Shown: positions 18,466 to 29,570, numbered from the stretch's first letter. The stretch: 64,000 bases of DNA from an uncultured Verrucomicrobiae bacterium (GCA_963836755.1 CAWIKF010000001.1:576001-640000); one strand, 5' to 3'. The notes: generated from the letters alone by a model not told the origin. Numbers and translations: made by a program.

Positions 18466-19998
18466 ATGGCGAAACCTGTGATCCTGATCATCCGCGACGG
18501 CTGGGGCATCAATCCGGACGGTCGCGCCGGCGCGGAGAAAAATGGTGACGCGACGCTGCTGGCGCGGACTCCTTTTCACGATGAAATGTATGCGCGATAT
18601 CCCGGCGCGACATTGCACGCGAGCGGGCTCGATGTCGGGTTGCCGGCGGGGCAGATGGGAAACTCGGAGGTCGGCCATCTCAATCTCGGCGCGGGGCGCG
18701 TGGTCTATCAGGATTTGACGCGCATCAACAAAGCGGTCGCGGAGGGAAAGCTGCGGGAAAACGATGTTTTACAAACGGCCTTCGCGCAGGCAAAGGGGAC
18801 AAGGCTGCATTTTCTCGGGCTCGTCTCGGACGGCGGCGTGCACAGCTCGCAGGAGCATCTCATCGCGCTGGCGAAGGCGGCGCGCGAAGCGGGCGTGCGC
18901 GAGATTTTCGTCCACGCGATCACGGACGGGCGCGATTCGTCGCCGACGGGTGGCGCGAAGTTTTTGGCGCATGTTGAACAGGCGTTAAAGCCTAGCGGAG
19001 CGAAAATTTTGACGGTGATCGGCCGGTATTTTGCAATGGATCGCGATAAACGTTGGGATCGGACGAAGCTGGCGTGGGACGCGATCGTGCTCGGGCGCGG
19101 CGAGCAGTCAACCGCTGATCCGAGCGCGGCGGTTGAAGCGCGTTATGCAAAAGGCGAGACGGACGAATTTTTAAAGCCGCTGATTTTTTCGCACGCGAAC
19201 GAGCAGCGCATCCGCGACGGCGACGTGATTTTGTTCTTCAATTTTCGGGCGGATCGCGCGCGGCAGATCTCGCAAGCCTTTCTGCAAAAGGATTTCAGCG
19301 GCTTCGATCGCGAAGTGACGCCGCAAACGCATTACGTGACCCTGACGCAATACGACAAAACTTACGGCTGTCCCGCGATCTTCGAACCGCAGGAATTGAA
19401 GAACATTCTCGGCGAGGTCGTGAGCCGTGCGCGGCTGAAGCAGCTGCGGATCGCGGAGACCGAAAAGTATCCGCACGTAACTTATTTTTTCAACGGCGGC
19501 GTCGAGAAGGCGTTTGACGGCGAAGATCGCCAGATTGTCCCATCGCCGAAAGTCGCGACGTATGATTTGCAGCCGGAGATGAGCGCGCCGGAAGTGTGCA
19601 AGGAAGTTTTACAAGCGCTCCCAAATTACGATCTGATCATTTTGAACTTTGCCAATCCCGACATGGTCGGCCACACCGGCGTGGTCGCGGCGGGAATCGC
19701 CGCGGTCGAGAAGATCGATGACTGTGTTAAACAAGTGCTGACACGCGTTTTGGAGCTGCACGGCAAGGCGCTCGTCACCGCGGACCACGGCAACTGCGAG
19801 CTCATGCGCAATCCGGACGGCTCGCCGAATACTGCGCACACCACGAATCTGGTCCACCTTCTCTACGTCGCCGACGACGCACATAATCTTCGCGTGGAAG
19901 ACGGGCGGCTCGCGGACATCGCGCCGACGCTTTTGTTTTTGCTCGGGCTGCCGCAGCCGAAGGAGATGACGGGCAGAAATTTATTGGTGCCGCGCTGA
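18466..19998 (+). CDS. gpmI: 2,3-BPG-independent phosphoglycerate mutase
   Basis: GQMGNSEVGH, SDGGVHS, GRYFAMDRD, NFRADRAR, NPDMVGHTG, ADHGN. Confidence 0.97.
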   Translation: MAKPVILIIRDGWGINPDGRAGAEKNGDATLLARTPFHDEMYARYPGATLHASGLDVGLPAGQMGNSEVGHLNLGAGRVVYQDLTRINKAVAEGKLRENDVLQTAFAQAKGTRLHFLGLVSDGGVHSSQEHLIALAKAAREAGVREIFVHAITDGRDSSPTGGAKFLAHVEQALKPSGAKILTVIGRYFAMDRDKRWDRTKLAWDAIVLGRGEQSTADPSAAVEARYAKGETDEFLKPLIFSHANEQRIRDGDVILFFNFRADRARQISQAFLQKDFSGFDREVTPQTHYVTLTQYDKTYGCPAIFEPQELKNILGEVVSRARLKQLRIAETEKYPHVTYFFNGGVEKAFDGEDRQIVPSPKVATYDLQPEMSAPEVCKEVLQALPNYDLIILNFANPDMVGHTGVVAAGIAAVEKIDDCVKQVLTRVLELHGKALVTADHGNCELMRNPDGSPNTAHTTNLVHLLYVADDAHNLRVEDGRLADIAPTLLFLLGLPQPKEMTGRNLLVPR

Positions 19999-20034
19999 AC
20001 AAAATTCATCGCGCTCTGGCGGAAAAATTGCTTC

Positions 20035-21726
20035 ATGATTCGCATGCACGATTTCGCTTCCCCGATTTTTTTCCGCCCGCGCAGGGCACTATTCGCCCTC
20101 ACCGCGATTCTTGGAGTCTCGCTTTGCACCGCGCGCGCGGCGACCGTTTATTCCATCGGCGACCCGACGGACGAGGAGCAGGCGTTGCTCGAAAATCTCA
20201 ACCGCGCTCGCGCTTATCCGCAGGCCGAGGCGCTGCTGCTGAAGGCGCTCACCGATCCCGATGTGCTCGAGGCGTATTCGTATTTCGGCGTGAACCTGAA
20301 TTTGATGGTGAGCCAATACGCGAGCATCAAGGTCGCGCCGCCACTTTCCTTCAACGTGCAGTTGATGGCGTCCGCGCGCTCGCACAGCCAGGACATGCTC
20401 GAAAATGCGTTCGAGGAACACAACGGCACCGATGGCAGCGATCCCGGCACGCGGATGACGAAGGCCGGTTACAATTGGTGGACTTGCGGTGAAAACATTT
20501 TTTCCTACGGCGAATCGGTGATGCACACGCACGCGGCATTCGAGGTGGATTGGGGCACGGGCACTGGCGGAATGCAGACACCGGCCGGTCATCGCCTCAA
20601 TGATCACTACTCCACTTTCCGCGAGATCGGCATCAGCATCGTGGACGGCGAAAATCAAACCGTCGGGCCTTTGGTCGTGACTCAAGATTTTGCGGCGAAG
20701 CAAACGAACGCCCCGCTGCTGACCGGTGTCGTTTATTACGATCTCAACAGCAACGGCACGTATGACATGGGCGAGGGAGTCGGCGGCGTGCCGGTTACGA
20801 TCGATGGCGCGAACTATTCGGCGGTGACGACGAACTCCGGCGGCTACTCCATTCCGTTAAACATCGTCAACGGAAATTATTACGCATATTTCGCCGTCCC
20901 TGGCATGGCCGTTTACAAAAAAGGTTTTACGATCAGCAACCTCAACAACACGAAGCTCGACTACAAACTGACCTACACACCGCCTGCGATCACAGGCACC
21001 GCCCAGCCCGTAACCGGCCAGGCGAGCACTTACAAAATCTCCGCGGTTCCCGGCACCACCTCGTATGAATATGCCGCGTCCAAATACAGCGCCTACTCCG
21101 CGGTCGAAGGCGCGGAGAACGGTCTTACGAACGTCATCGCGACAACGACGGGCACTTACGCGGTCATCGTCAAAGACGTCCACGCGAGCGGCAACGAATC
21201 TTTCCATCTCGCGCACGCGACATTTGATCCGCAGATCCTGATGTTAAAAGCAGTGTTGCGTCCGAGCAGCTCAAGCATGCTGCAATTCAAGAGCCGCCTC
21301 GGCTGGGCGACTTCGACGCAAATCGCCGGCGCTCAAGTTTCCAGCAACGGCGTCGACTGGAAAACGGTCTGGTCGGAAGCGGGCAGCAACAGCGCTGGCG
21401 AAAAAAGTTTCACCCCGCGAAGCGTCTCGTTGTCAGCCTTCGCGGGCCAGGAGCTGCAAGTCCGCTTCGTTTACGACGTTTCCGGATCGGCTTACATCAA
21501 CACCTCCAGCGGCGTCGGACTCTATCTCGACGACATCACGATGACGAACGCGCAATCGTCGCTGCCGTTCGGCGGCCGCACACTCGGCGCCACGACTTCG
21601 TTCGCGTTCACACCCGATGTCGCGACGACGTTTGGCTTGAAAGCGCGGTCACACATCGGCAGCAGGATTTTGCCGTGGGGACCGGTGCTGGCGATCACGG
21701 CGAAGGCGGCAACAATCGTCAAATGA
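20035..21726 (+). CDS. Secreted CAP/SCP-domain protein with beta-rich C-terminal domains
   Basis: Signal peptide; LNRARA, SARSHSQDM, GENI, GHRLN and FREIGI CAP motifs. Confidence 0.75.
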   Translation: MIRMHDFASPIFFRPRRALFALTAILGVSLCTARAATVYSIGDPTDEEQALLENLNRARAYPQAEALLLKALTDPDVLEAYSYFGVNLNLMVSQYASIKVAPPLSFNVQLMASARSHSQDMLENAFEEHNGTDGSDPGTRMTKAGYNWWTCGENIFSYGESVMHTHAAFEVDWGTGTGGMQTPAGHRLNDHYSTFREIGISIVDGENQTVGPLVVTQDFAAKQTNAPLLTGVVYYDLNSNGTYDMGEGVGGVPVTIDGANYSAVTTNSGGYSIPLNIVNGNYYAYFAVPGMAVYKKGFTISNLNNTKLDYKLTYTPPAITGTAQPVTGQASTYKISAVPGTTSYEYAASKYSAYSAVEGAENGLTNVIATTTGTYAVIVKDVHASGNESFHLAHATFDPQILMLKAVLRPSSSSMLQFKSRLGWATSTQIAGAQVSSNGVDWKTVWSEAGSNSAGEKSFTPRSVSLSAFAGQELQVRFVYDVSGSAYINTSSGVGLYLDDITMTNAQSSLPFGGRTLGATTSFAFTPDVATTFGLKARSHIGSRILPWGPVLAITAKAATIVK

Positions 21727-21757
21727 AATTAAAAACGCTGCACATCCCGCGCGTTTT

Positions 21758-22816
21758 TTAAAGGCTGGGAAACAAAGAAAGCTGCGACGTCGGCACGCGA
21801 AAATCGTCGGCGGAAAGCTCGATCGGAGCATTGGTGAATCCTGCCTTGTGCCTCGCGAGCTCATACAGCGCGTGCATTTGCTGCGCGTAAAAACCTTCGC
21901 CGCGCATGCGCGAGCCAAAGTTCGGATCGTTTAATTTTCCGCCGCGCATTGCGCGCACGCGCTCAAGCACTTTCTCTTTTTGTCCCGGTGCGTGCTCATC
22001 GAGCCAGTTGCTGAAAATCGGCGCGACCGCCCACGGCAGGCGCAGCGGGACGTAGCCGCCGTCGCGCGCGCCGGCCTGCGCGGTCGCGGAAAAAATCGCC
22101 GGCAGTTCGTGGTCGTTCAAACCCGGGATGCAAGGCGCCATCAGCACTCGCACCGGAATTCCAGCTGCACTCAATTCCGAAATTGCGGCGAGCCGGCGTG
22201 ATGGAGGAGAAGCGCGCGGCTCGAGTTTTTTCGCGAGATCGGCGTCGAGAGTCGTGACAGAAATATTGACGACGACCGAGTGAAATTTCGCAAGCTCCGC
22301 GAGCAAATCGATGTCGCGCGTGACGAGATGATTTTTCGTGATGATGGCGAGAGGGTTGCGAAATTCCGCGAGCACGGCGATGCAGCGCCGCGTGATTTCC
22401 AGCTTCCGCTCGATCGCCTGGTAGCAATCGGTCACACCGCTCATCACCAGCGTTTGCGGCTCCCACGATTTTTTGGAGAGCGCATCGCGCAGCAGCTCGG
22501 GCGCGTTTTCTTTCACCATGATTTTGCTTTCAAAATCGAGCCCGGCGCTGAAGCCGAGATATTCGTGCGTCGGCCGCGCGAAGCAATAGGCGCAGCCGTG
22601 CTCGCAGCCGCGGTAGGGATTCAGCGACGTCTCGAAACCGACGTCCGGGCTGTTGTTGCGCGTGATGATCGACTGCGTCGCGTCGGGAAAAAATTGGGTG
22701 CGCAGCGGCGGCGCGTCGGGATCGGGTTCAGCTGGGTCAGCGACGCACTCGAGTTTCTCGAAACGGTTTTTCGGGTTAGATCCGGCGCCGCGCGCACTTG
22801 TTGCCCGCGTGTTCAT
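21758..22816 (-). CDS. PA0069-family radical SAM protein
   Basis: NPYRGCEHGCAYCFARPTHEY, TDCYQ..ER. Confidence 0.9.
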   Translation of the reverse strand: MNTRATSARGAGSNPKNRFEKLECVADPAEPDPDAPPLRTQFFPDATQSIITRNNSPDVGFETSLNPYRGCEHGCAYCFARPTHEYLGFSAGLDFESKIMVKENAPELLRDALSKKSWEPQTLVMSGVTDCYQAIERKLEITRRCIAVLAEFRNPLAIITKNHLVTRDIDLLAELAKFHSVVVNISVTTLDADLAKKLEPRASPPSRRLAAISELSAAGIPVRVLMAPCIPGLNDHELPAIFSATAQAGARDGGYVPLRLPWAVAPIFSNWLDEHAPGQKEKVLERVRAMRGGKLNDPNFGSRMRGEGFYAQQMHALYELARHKAGFTNAPIELSADDFRVPTSQLSLFPSL

Positions 22817-22847
22817 CCGAACACTAAACGGCCTGCGCCCGCTCGAG

Positions 22848-23423
22848 TCAAACAGCGTATGATGGCTCGTTGCCGGCGCGCCATTTGATGTTGCAGCCGA
22901 TGCTCGGCTTTTGCAGAACGTTAACGGGCTGTTGCGCGAGCGCGGCATCGATCGCAGCGCGCAGATCTGCGCCGGTCGGCGGATCTTGCCGCGGGCGCGT
23001 GTCGTCGAGCTGACCGCGATACACGAGTTTTCGGTTTTGATCGAAAAGGAAAAAGTCGGGCGTGCACGCGGCGCTATAACTTTTCGCCACCGCCTGGCTT
23101 TCGTCGTGACAATACGGAAATGAAAAGTGCATTTGCCGCGCGAGCGTTCTCATTTTTCCCGGCGAATCGTCGGGATGCGTCGTGACGTCGTTTGAGCTGA
23201 TGGCGACGACGCCGAGGCCGTCGGCGTAATCGCGCGCGATGCGGATCAATTCCTCGCGCACGTGGATGACGTAGGGACAGTGATTGCAGATGAACATCAC
23301 GAGCAGCGCTTTTTTTTCCGCAAAATCCGCGAGCGAAATGGTGCGACCGCTCGCAACGTCGGGCAGCGAAAAATCGGGCGCCGTCGTGCCGAGCGCGAGC
23401 ATCATGGAAGAAGTTTTGGACAT
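22848..23423 (-). CDS. Thioredoxin-like (AhpC/TSA) protein
   Basis: MFICNHCPYV, AACTPDFF, PSIGCNIKW. Confidence 0.9.
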   Translation of the reverse strand: MSKTSSMMLALGTTAPDFSLPDVASGRTISLADFAEKKALLVMFICNHCPYVIHVREELIRIARDYADGLGVVAISSNDVTTHPDDSPGKMRTLARQMHFSFPYCHDESQAVAKSYSAACTPDFFLFDQNRKLVYRGQLDDTRPRQDPPTGADLRAAIDAALAQQPVNVLQKPSIGCNIKWRAGNEPSYAV

Positions 23424-23520
23424 GCGAGAAATGTTCCGCCGAAGCGTGCGGAATGTCGAGGCACGGGAAAACTTCCATTTTGCGGTTGCCTCGCGCGAGG
23501 GCATTTGCAGACTGCGAGCG

Positions 23521-23880
23521 ATGGAGACATTGCTGACCACGCCGACGAAGGACGAGCGCACATGGGCGATGGTCGCGCACTTGAGCGCGTTTTGCGGGCA
23601 CTTTATTCCGTTCGGACACATCGTCGGGCCGCTTCTGATCTGGATTTTGAAGAAAGATTCGCTCCCGCTGGTGAACGATCAGGGAAAGGAGGCGATGAAT
23701 TTTCAGATTACCTACACGATTTATTTCATTGTCGCCGGCGTGCTCTGCTTTGTTTTCATCGGTTGCATCATTCTGCCGATCATCTGGATCATCTATCTCA
23801 TCCTCATCATCATCGCGGCGGTGCGGGCGAATGAGGGAATCAGCTACCGCTATCCGGCGACGCTTCGGTTTCTTTGCTGA
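23521..23880 (+). CDS. DUF4870 family membrane protein
   Basis: WAMVAHLS, GPLLIW, QGKEAMNFQI, YRYP. Confidence 0.85.
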   Translation: METLLTTPTKDERTWAMVAHLSAFCGHFIPFGHIVGPLLIWILKKDSLPLVNDQGKEAMNFQITYTIYFIVAGVLCFVFIGCIILPIIWIIYLILIIIAAVRANEGISYRYPATLRFLC

Positions 23881-24059
23881 CGAAATTGGGCCTCGAATAA
23901 GGTCAGCTCGGACGCGCACCCCATAGCACGTCCGAGCCTTAACCCTAACCCAACAAAAACAGATTACGTCAGCCGGCCTTCCGGCGCGCGTCTTTTTTTT
24001 TGCGGATAAATACGCGCTTCCGCTGCGAGCATTCCGCGTCTATTTTTCCGACCCGCAAA

Positions 24060-26813
24060 ATGAGCGACCGCCGCAAACCGTATCCGTTTGACCGCATCGA
24101 CGCCCGCTGGCAGGCGCGGTGGGAAAGCGAGCAGACCTTTCACGCGCCGAATCCCGGCGAGCCCGGGTTCGATCCGACGCTGCCAAAATTCTACGTGCTC
24201 GATATGTTCCCGTATCCGAGCGGCGCGGGTCTCCACGTCGGCCATCCGATCGGCTACCTCGCGACAGACATCCTCGCGCGCTACAAAAAAATGCGCGGCT
24301 GCAACGTCATGCATCCGATGGGTTGGGATGCATTCGGTCTGCCCGCGGAGCAATACGCCATCAAGACGGGCCAGCATCCCGCGGTCACGACCGCGCGAAA
24401 CATTGCCGGCTTTAAGGGGCAGCTCCAGCGCATCGGGCTCGCGTATGATTGGGCGCGCGAGGTCAATACCACCGATTCGGGTTATCTTCGCTGGACGCAG
24501 TGGATCTTTTTGAAAATTTACGACTCGTGGTTTGATCCGGAGCAAAACAAAGCTCGTCCGATCTCCGAGCTGGTCGAGAATTTGAAATCAAAGTTCGCGG
24601 ATCCCGTTGAATTGCGCCGCGAAGTGGATGCCCACCGCCTCGCTTACGTCTCCGAGGCACCGGTAAATTGGTGCCCGGCCCTCGGCACCGTCCTCGCGAA
24701 CGAAGAAGTGATCGACGGCAAGAGCGAAGTCGGCGGCCATCCCGTCGAACGCCGACCGATGCGCCAGTGGATGCTTCGCATCACCGCTTATGCGCAGCGG
24801 CTGATCGACGAACTCGACGGCTTGGATTGGCCCGAAGGGATCAAACTTTTGCAAAAAAACTGGATTGGCCGCAGCGAAGGCGCCGAGGTTCGGTTTGAAA
24901 TCGATGTGGCTGCGCCGAAACCAGCAGGCGATGAGCCGGCTCTCCCCGGTATCCCGGTTTTCACCACGCGGCCCGACACTCTTTTCGGCGCGACCTACAT
25001 GGTGCTCGCGCCGGAGCATCGGCTCGTCGAGCAAATCAGCACCGAAGAACAATGGCCCGCTGTTCGCGACTACCGCGAGCGCACCGCGCGCAAGAGCGAC
25101 CTTGATCGCACCGAGCTGGCCAAGGAAAAAACCGGCGTCTTCACGGGCGGATCCGCGATTAACCCGGTCAACGGCGAGCGCATCCCGATCTGGATCGCCG
25201 ATTATGTCCTGCCCGGTTACGGCACCGGCGCGATCATGGCCGTCCCCGCGCACGACGAGCGCGATTGCGAATTTGCGAAAAAGTTCGACCTGCCTATCCG
25301 CGAAGTAGTCGCTCCCATCACATCCGCGCCCGTGACGACGAATCCCGAAAAGGCCTGTTTTGCCGGCGAGGGCGTTGCCATCAATTCCCAGATCCTCGAT
25401 GGCTTGCCCACGACCGAGGCCAAGAAACGCATCGCCGAATGGCTGGAAGAGCGCGGGCTTGGTAAAAAGACGATCAATTACAAATTGCGCGACTGGCTTT
25501 TCTCCCGCCAACGCTATTGGGGTGAGCCGTTTCCGATTGTCTGGGAAACCGGAGCCGATGGGCAGTTGCACCACCGCGCATTGGCGGAAACCGAGCTGCC
25601 GCTGCTCCCGCCGGAACTCGACGACTTCAAACCGACCGGCACGGGCGAGCCGCCGCTTGCGAAGGCGGTGGATTGGATTCGCTACTCCGACACCGCGACC
25701 CGCGAGACGAACACCATGCCGCAATGGGCCGGCTCGTGCTGGTATTACCTCCGCTATTGCGATCCGCGGAACGAGGCGCGCTTCGTCGGGGTCGAGGCTG
25801 AGCGATACTGGATGGGTGCTTTGGGTTCGAAACCCGGGAATTTGGATGCTGAGGGCCGGGCTATGGATTCAAAGTTTCAACCTGCGGGTTCAAATGTTCG
25901 ATCCTCGGATGCAAATCCTCATCCTGGCGGCGTCGATCTTTATGTCGGCGGGACCGAACACGCGGTGTTGCATCTCCTTTACGCCCGCTTTTGGCACAAA
26001 GTCCTCCACGATCTCGGCTACCTGAGCACGCGCGAGCCATTCCAGCGCCTCGTCAATCAAGGCCTAATCCTGGGCGAAGATGGGCAGAAGATGAGCAAGT
26101 CTCGCGGCAATGTGGTCAATCCCGACGACGTGATCGCCGAATACGGCGCGGATGCGTTCCGCTGTTATGAGATGTTTATGGGGCCGCTGGAGCAGATGAA
26201 GCCTTGGTCGATGACCGGCGTGGAGGGCGTGTCGAGGTTTCTCGCGCGCGTGTGGCGGCTGGTGATAGAGGAAAACCAGTCTGGCGAATGGGTGCTGTCG
26301 GCCGCCGTGCAAGATGCGCCGCTCGAGAAAGCGCAGTTGAAGGTGATGCACGCGGCGATCAAGAAGGTGACCGCGGACATCGAGGCGCTGAGTTTTAACA
26401 CGGCGATTTCGGAGTTGATGATCTATGTGAACGCGTTTGTGAACGCGCCGGTGAAGCCGTTGGCAGCATTGCGGACGCTGTTGGTGCTGCTGAATCCGTT
26501 CGCGCCGCATCTGACGGAGGAGCTTTGGGAGATTTTGGATTCGAAGTTCGCCGAGGCGAATCAAAGACCGTTGCTCTGCGAGCAAAAGTGGCCCGAGTGG
26601 GATGAAAGTTTCCTCGTGGAGGATGAAATCGACATACCGGTGCAGGTGAACGGCAAGCTGCGCGACAAAATTACCGTCAAAAAAGACGCAACCAACGCTG
26701 AAGTCGAAGCGCAGGCGCTTGCTGCACCAAAAATTGCCGAGCACACAGCCGGGAAAACCATCCGCAAAGTTGTGGTCGTCCGCGGCAAACTCGTCAACGT
26801 CGTCGCCGCCTAG
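24060..26813 (+). CDS. leuS: Leucine-tRNA ligase (with in-frame repeat insertion)
   Basis: [21 protein letters not shown] editing domain, KMSKS. Confidence 0.97.
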   Translation: MSDRRKPYPFDRIDARWQARWESEQTFHAPNPGEPGFDPTLPKFYVLDMFPYPSGAGLHVGHPIGYLATDILARYKKMRGCNVMHPMGWDAFGLPAEQYAIKTGQHPAVTTARNIAGFKGQLQRIGLAYDWAREVNTTDSGYLRWTQWIFLKIYDSWFDPEQNKARPISELVENLKSKFADPVELRREVDAHRLAYVSEAPVNWCPALGTVLANEEVIDGKSEVGGHPVERRPMRQWMLRITAYAQRLIDELDGLDWPEGIKLLQKNWIGRSEGAEVRFEIDVAAPKPAGDEPALPGIPVFTTRPDTLFGATYMVLAPEHRLVEQISTEEQWPAVRDYRERTARKSDLDRTELAKEKTGVFTGGSAINPVNGERIPIWIADYVLPGYGTGAIMAVPAHDERDCEFAKKFDLPIREVVAPITSAPVTTNPEKACFAGEGVAINSQILDGLPTTEAKKRIAEWLEERGLGKKTINYKLRDWLFSRQRYWGEPFPIVWETGADGQLHHRALAETELPLLPPELDDFKPTGTGEPPLAKAVDWIRYSDTATRETNTMPQWAGSCWYYLRYCDPRNEARFVGVEAERYWMGALGSKPGNLDAEGRAMDSKFQPAGSNVRSSDANPHPGGVDLYVGGTEHAVLHLLYARFWHKVLHDLGYLSTREPFQRLVNQGLILGEDGQKMSKSRGNVVNPDDVIAEYGADAFRCYEMFMGPLEQMKPWSMTGVEGVSRFLARVWRLVIEENQSGEWVLSAAVQDAPLEKAQLKVMHAAIKKVTADIEALSFNTAISELMIYVNAFVNAPVKPLAALRTLLVLLNPFAPHLTEELWEILDSKFAEANQRPLLCEQKWPEWDESFLVEDEIDIPVQVNGKLRDKITVKKDATNAEVEAQALAAPKIAEHTAGKTIRKVVVVRGKLVNVVAA
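25821..25925 (+). repeat. Five degenerate 21-nt units inserted in frame in leuS
   Basis: Cores TGGGTTCGAA, TGGATGCTGA, TGGATTCAAA, CGGGTTCAAA, CGGATGCAAA at exact 21-nt spacing. Confidence 0.75.
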
Positions 26814-27781
26814 CGGCGAAAGCGCCGCGCGAAACCTGCGAGCACCATGCAGCCCGCGGTGAGCTGAATCGCACTCGGCGGCTCGGGAATGACGGCGTTA
26901 ATCTGCGAGGCGTATTGCGAAAGGTCGGCCGCGGAAGTTTGATCGCCGAAGACGGATGACCCGGGCGGCTGTCCGCTGAAGCCACTCGTGGAGACGAGGA
27001 TGCCCGCGAGCTCCCAGCCGGAGCCGGTTTTGTAAAAAACCGCGCCGCCGGAGTCGCCGGGCGCGGCCTGCGCTTCGCCGGTGTTGTTGTCGAAGGTGGT
27101 GTAAAGAGTTTTCACCGTCCCGTAGCCGTCGTCGATCGTCGCAGTGCCGGTGAGATTGTTCGTCCCCCAGCGGAGCGCCTGTCCGCTTCCCTGTTTGTAA
27201 CCGTAGTAACTGTAATTGCTGCTCGTCGATTCGGTCCAGGTCCAGGGGCTCGTGGATTTGTCGACGCTCCAATAGGTGAGGAAGTCCGCGCGGTTGATGC
27301 CGTTGCCCATGAGAACGAGCGGCGCGTTTGCCGGCGGCGCCGTGCTGGCGATGGTGAGCGATGGGATTCCCGCAGGAATAGTGGTGAGCTGGAAAAGCGC
27401 GAGGTCGGTCGGCGTCCCATTGTTTGTCAGGCGGACGGCGGTGGAGGCGTTGACGGAATATGCGTTGCCGTCGAGCGATACGCCGCCAAAGGAGAAGCCC
27501 GTGCTGCTGGAGTTGTCCGAGCCGTTGCGCACTTCATGATACGCGCTGATCATCCAGCCGTTTCCGAGGTAGACGCCGCTGGTGTTGAAGCCGTCCTCGG
27601 AGTCGTAAACCAACCCGACGTTTTCAAAGCCGAAGTCATCCGCCGGAGCGGATGTGTAGGTGGCGTCGTTGTAAGTGCCACTGCCCGCCGCGTCCACCAC
27701 AGCAAACGCATGAGGCGCGAGCGCGGCGAGGCCTGCGATCCATAGCGACTTCTTAAAAAGCACCCGCAAAAAGTGCAGCAA
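26810..27781 (-). CDS. Secreted trypsin-like serine protease with PEP-CTERM sorting signal
   Basis: Triad contexts SAYH, TDLALF, GDSGG; C-terminal VIPEP, hydrophobic helix, RRFRR; exact start uncertain. Confidence 0.8.
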   Translation of the reverse strand: MLHFLRVLFKKSLWIAGLAALAPHAFAVVDAAGSGTYNDATYTSAPADDFGFENVGLVYDSEDGFNTSGVYLGNGWMISAYHEVRNGSDNSSSTGFSFGGVSLDGNAYSVNASTAVRLTNNGTPTDLALFQLTTIPAGIPSLTIASTAPPANAPLVLMGNGINRADFLTYWSVDKSTSPWTWTESTSSNYSYYGYKQGSGQALRWGTNNLTGTATIDDGYGTVKTLYTTFDNNTGEAQAAPGDSGGAVFYKTGSGWELAGILVSTSGFSGQPPGSSVFGDQTSAADLSQYASQINAVIPEPPSAIQLTAGCMVLAGFARRFRR

Positions 27782-27839
27782 AAGCTCGCGCGGTCAAGGG
27801 CGCTTTCGCCCCAAAATTAGCAAAACGTTGGGCCGTTTT

Positions 27840-27983
27840 CTAGACTCTTCGTCCCGTCACAAAGTGCAGGATAAAGACGATCAGCGCGATGACGAGGAGG
27901 AGGTGAATCAAACCTCCCGCAACATGCAAGGCAAAGCCGCCGCCCCAAAGAATCAACAGGATAATGGCAAGAATGAGTAACAT
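27840..27983 (-). CDS. Small membrane protein (DUF5670/lmo0937-like, 47 aa)
   Basis: Manual translation MLLILAIILLILWGGGFALHVAGGLIHLLLVIALIVFILHFVTGRRV; GGAG RBS upstream. Confidence 0.8.
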   Translation of the reverse strand: MLLILAIILLILWGGGFALHVAGGLIHLLLVIALIVFILHFVTGRRV

Positions 27984-28007
27984 AATGGTCTCCTTTGTAT
28001 CTCGGTT

Positions 28008-28502
28008 TTATTTCGAAGCAGCCGCGACGTTGATGACTGATTTGGCGAGCTTCGACAACTTCTTGTCGGTCGCTGCTTCCTCGTTCAGCGTTTGCTGCAA
28101 AAGCTGTGCACCTTCCTTGTCCTTGAGCAAATCCGCATACGTGCGGACGCAGCCGTAGCCGGCTATTTCGTAATGCTCGACGCGCTGCGCGGCAGAAATC
28201 AGCCCGGCATCGCGCACTTCGTCGTCGCCTTCTTTTTCAATCATCTCCGCACCTTCTTCGAGCACACCTTCCATTCCCTTGCACTTCGGGCCGCGAGTGG
28301 TTTCGTCGTGGCTCTCGAGAATTTTTTCGAGGCGTGCGGCGTGTTCCTTCGTCTCCTCGAGGTGCATCTTGAAGCCTTCCGCGAGTTGCGGGTTTGAGGC
28401 CGCCTTGACCATCTTTGGCAGCGCCTTGATGATTTGCTTTTCAGCGCTGTAGAGGTCTTTGAGTTCGGTGACGTAAAGGTCTTTGAGGGTTTCTAACTCC
28501 AT
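28008..28502 (-). CDS. Ferritin-like DUF892 (YciF-like) protein
   Basis: ELKDLYSAEKQ, HLEET, CKGMEG, AAQRVEHYEIAGYG. Confidence 0.9.
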   Translation of the reverse strand: MELETLKDLYVTELKDLYSAEKQIIKALPKMVKAASNPQLAEGFKMHLEETKEHAARLEKILESHDETTRGPKCKGMEGVLEEGAEMIEKEGDDEVRDAGLISAAQRVEHYEIAGYGCVRTYADLLKDKEGAQLLQQTLNEEAATDKKLSKLAKSVINVAAASK

Positions 28503-28611
28503 AAGTTTTGTTTTTTCGGTGGTGCTTGTTTTCTTTGTCGCCGCGCATTTTGGCGGCACAGACGATACGGAACGTTGTGTAAAAGCGGCTGTGTCGATTT
28601 TTTAAACATTG

Positions 28612-29529
28612 ATGGAATCTCCCGATGAAATGCATGCGACCTCGCGCCGCGGTCGCGAGCTGAGCGTGGTCGGTCGCTACGCATCGCGCTCGGCCGCTTA
28701 CGAACGCGCACTGGTGGTGCTCGCGATGGAAATTCCGCATTGGATCATCCGCGACAGCGGGACGTTTCAGCTCTGCGTCGAGCCGCCGCGCGCAGCCGCC
28801 GTGCTCGCGGAGCTGGAGAAATTTGAGCGCGAGCGCGTCGCCGACGCTGCGGCGCCGGAGCCGGTGGAAAAAACTTCCACGCACTCTCTTTTCGCCGCCG
28901 CGGCAGTGATGGCACTTTTCTTTGCGTTGCAAAACATCGGTCCCGCGTGGCTGGAAGATGCGGGTGCGAGCGACAGCGCGCGCGTGCTGCATGGCGAATG
29001 GTGGCGCGTGCTCACGGCGCTGACTTTGCACGCGGATTTTTCGCACATCGGCGCGAACCTTGCCGCCGGGCTCGTCCTCGCCGCGTTCCTGCTGCCGCTC
29101 TTCGGCGCCGGCTGGACTTGGCTCGGCATTTTGCTCAGCGGCGCGCTCGGCAACTGGCTCAACGCCTGGGGCCATCGCGGCGAAATGCAAAACTCGATCG
29201 GCTCATCGACTGCGGTCTTCGGCGCGCTCGGACTTTTGGTCAGCGCGCAAATCGTCTCGCGGATTTTCGCGCTACGAAAAATCTCCACGCGGGATGTGCT
29301 GCTGCCGCTCGGCGCGGCGCTCGCGCTGCTTGCGTATCTCGGCGTCGGCGATGCACAGACCGATTTCACCGCGCATTTTTTCGGGCTGCTCGCCGGCCTG
29401 CCGCTCGGTGCGGCGGCGCTCGCGCTGCGATTGAAACAGCGCACGCCGCCCGCGGCGCAACTTGCGCTCGGTCTCGCCGCGCCCGCGTTGCTCGTGCTCG
29501 CGTGGGCATTCGCAATCGCACACGCGTGA
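28612..29529 (+). CDS. Rhomboid family intramembrane serine protease
   Basis: EWWR, HADFSHIGAN, GSSTAVFG, AHFFG. Confidence 0.85.
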   Translation: MESPDEMHATSRRGRELSVVGRYASRSAAYERALVVLAMEIPHWIIRDSGTFQLCVEPPRAAAVLAELEKFERERVADAAAPEPVEKTSTHSLFAAAAVMALFFALQNIGPAWLEDAGASDSARVLHGEWWRVLTALTLHADFSHIGANLAAGLVLAAFLLPLFGAGWTWLGILLSGALGNWLNAWGHRGEMQNSIGSSTAVFGALGLLVSAQIVSRIFALRKISTRDVLLPLGAALALLAYLGVGDAQTDFTAHFFGLLAGLPLGAAALALRLKQRTPPAAQLALGLAAPALLVLAWAFAIAHA

Positions 29530-29570
29530 TTGCTTTCCGATCCGAGCTTCGTGCATTTTGACGCTCCCGC

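Noticed and set aside
23906..23937. T-box or ncRNA upstream of leuS
   Set aside because: Only a simple 12-bp hairpin after the DUF4870 gene; no T-box motif seen, most likely a terminator-like stem
25822..25836. tRNA fragment (GGTTCGAAACCC) inside leuS
   Set aside because: Resembles a T arm, but no other tRNA arms are present; better explained as unit 1 of the 21-nt array
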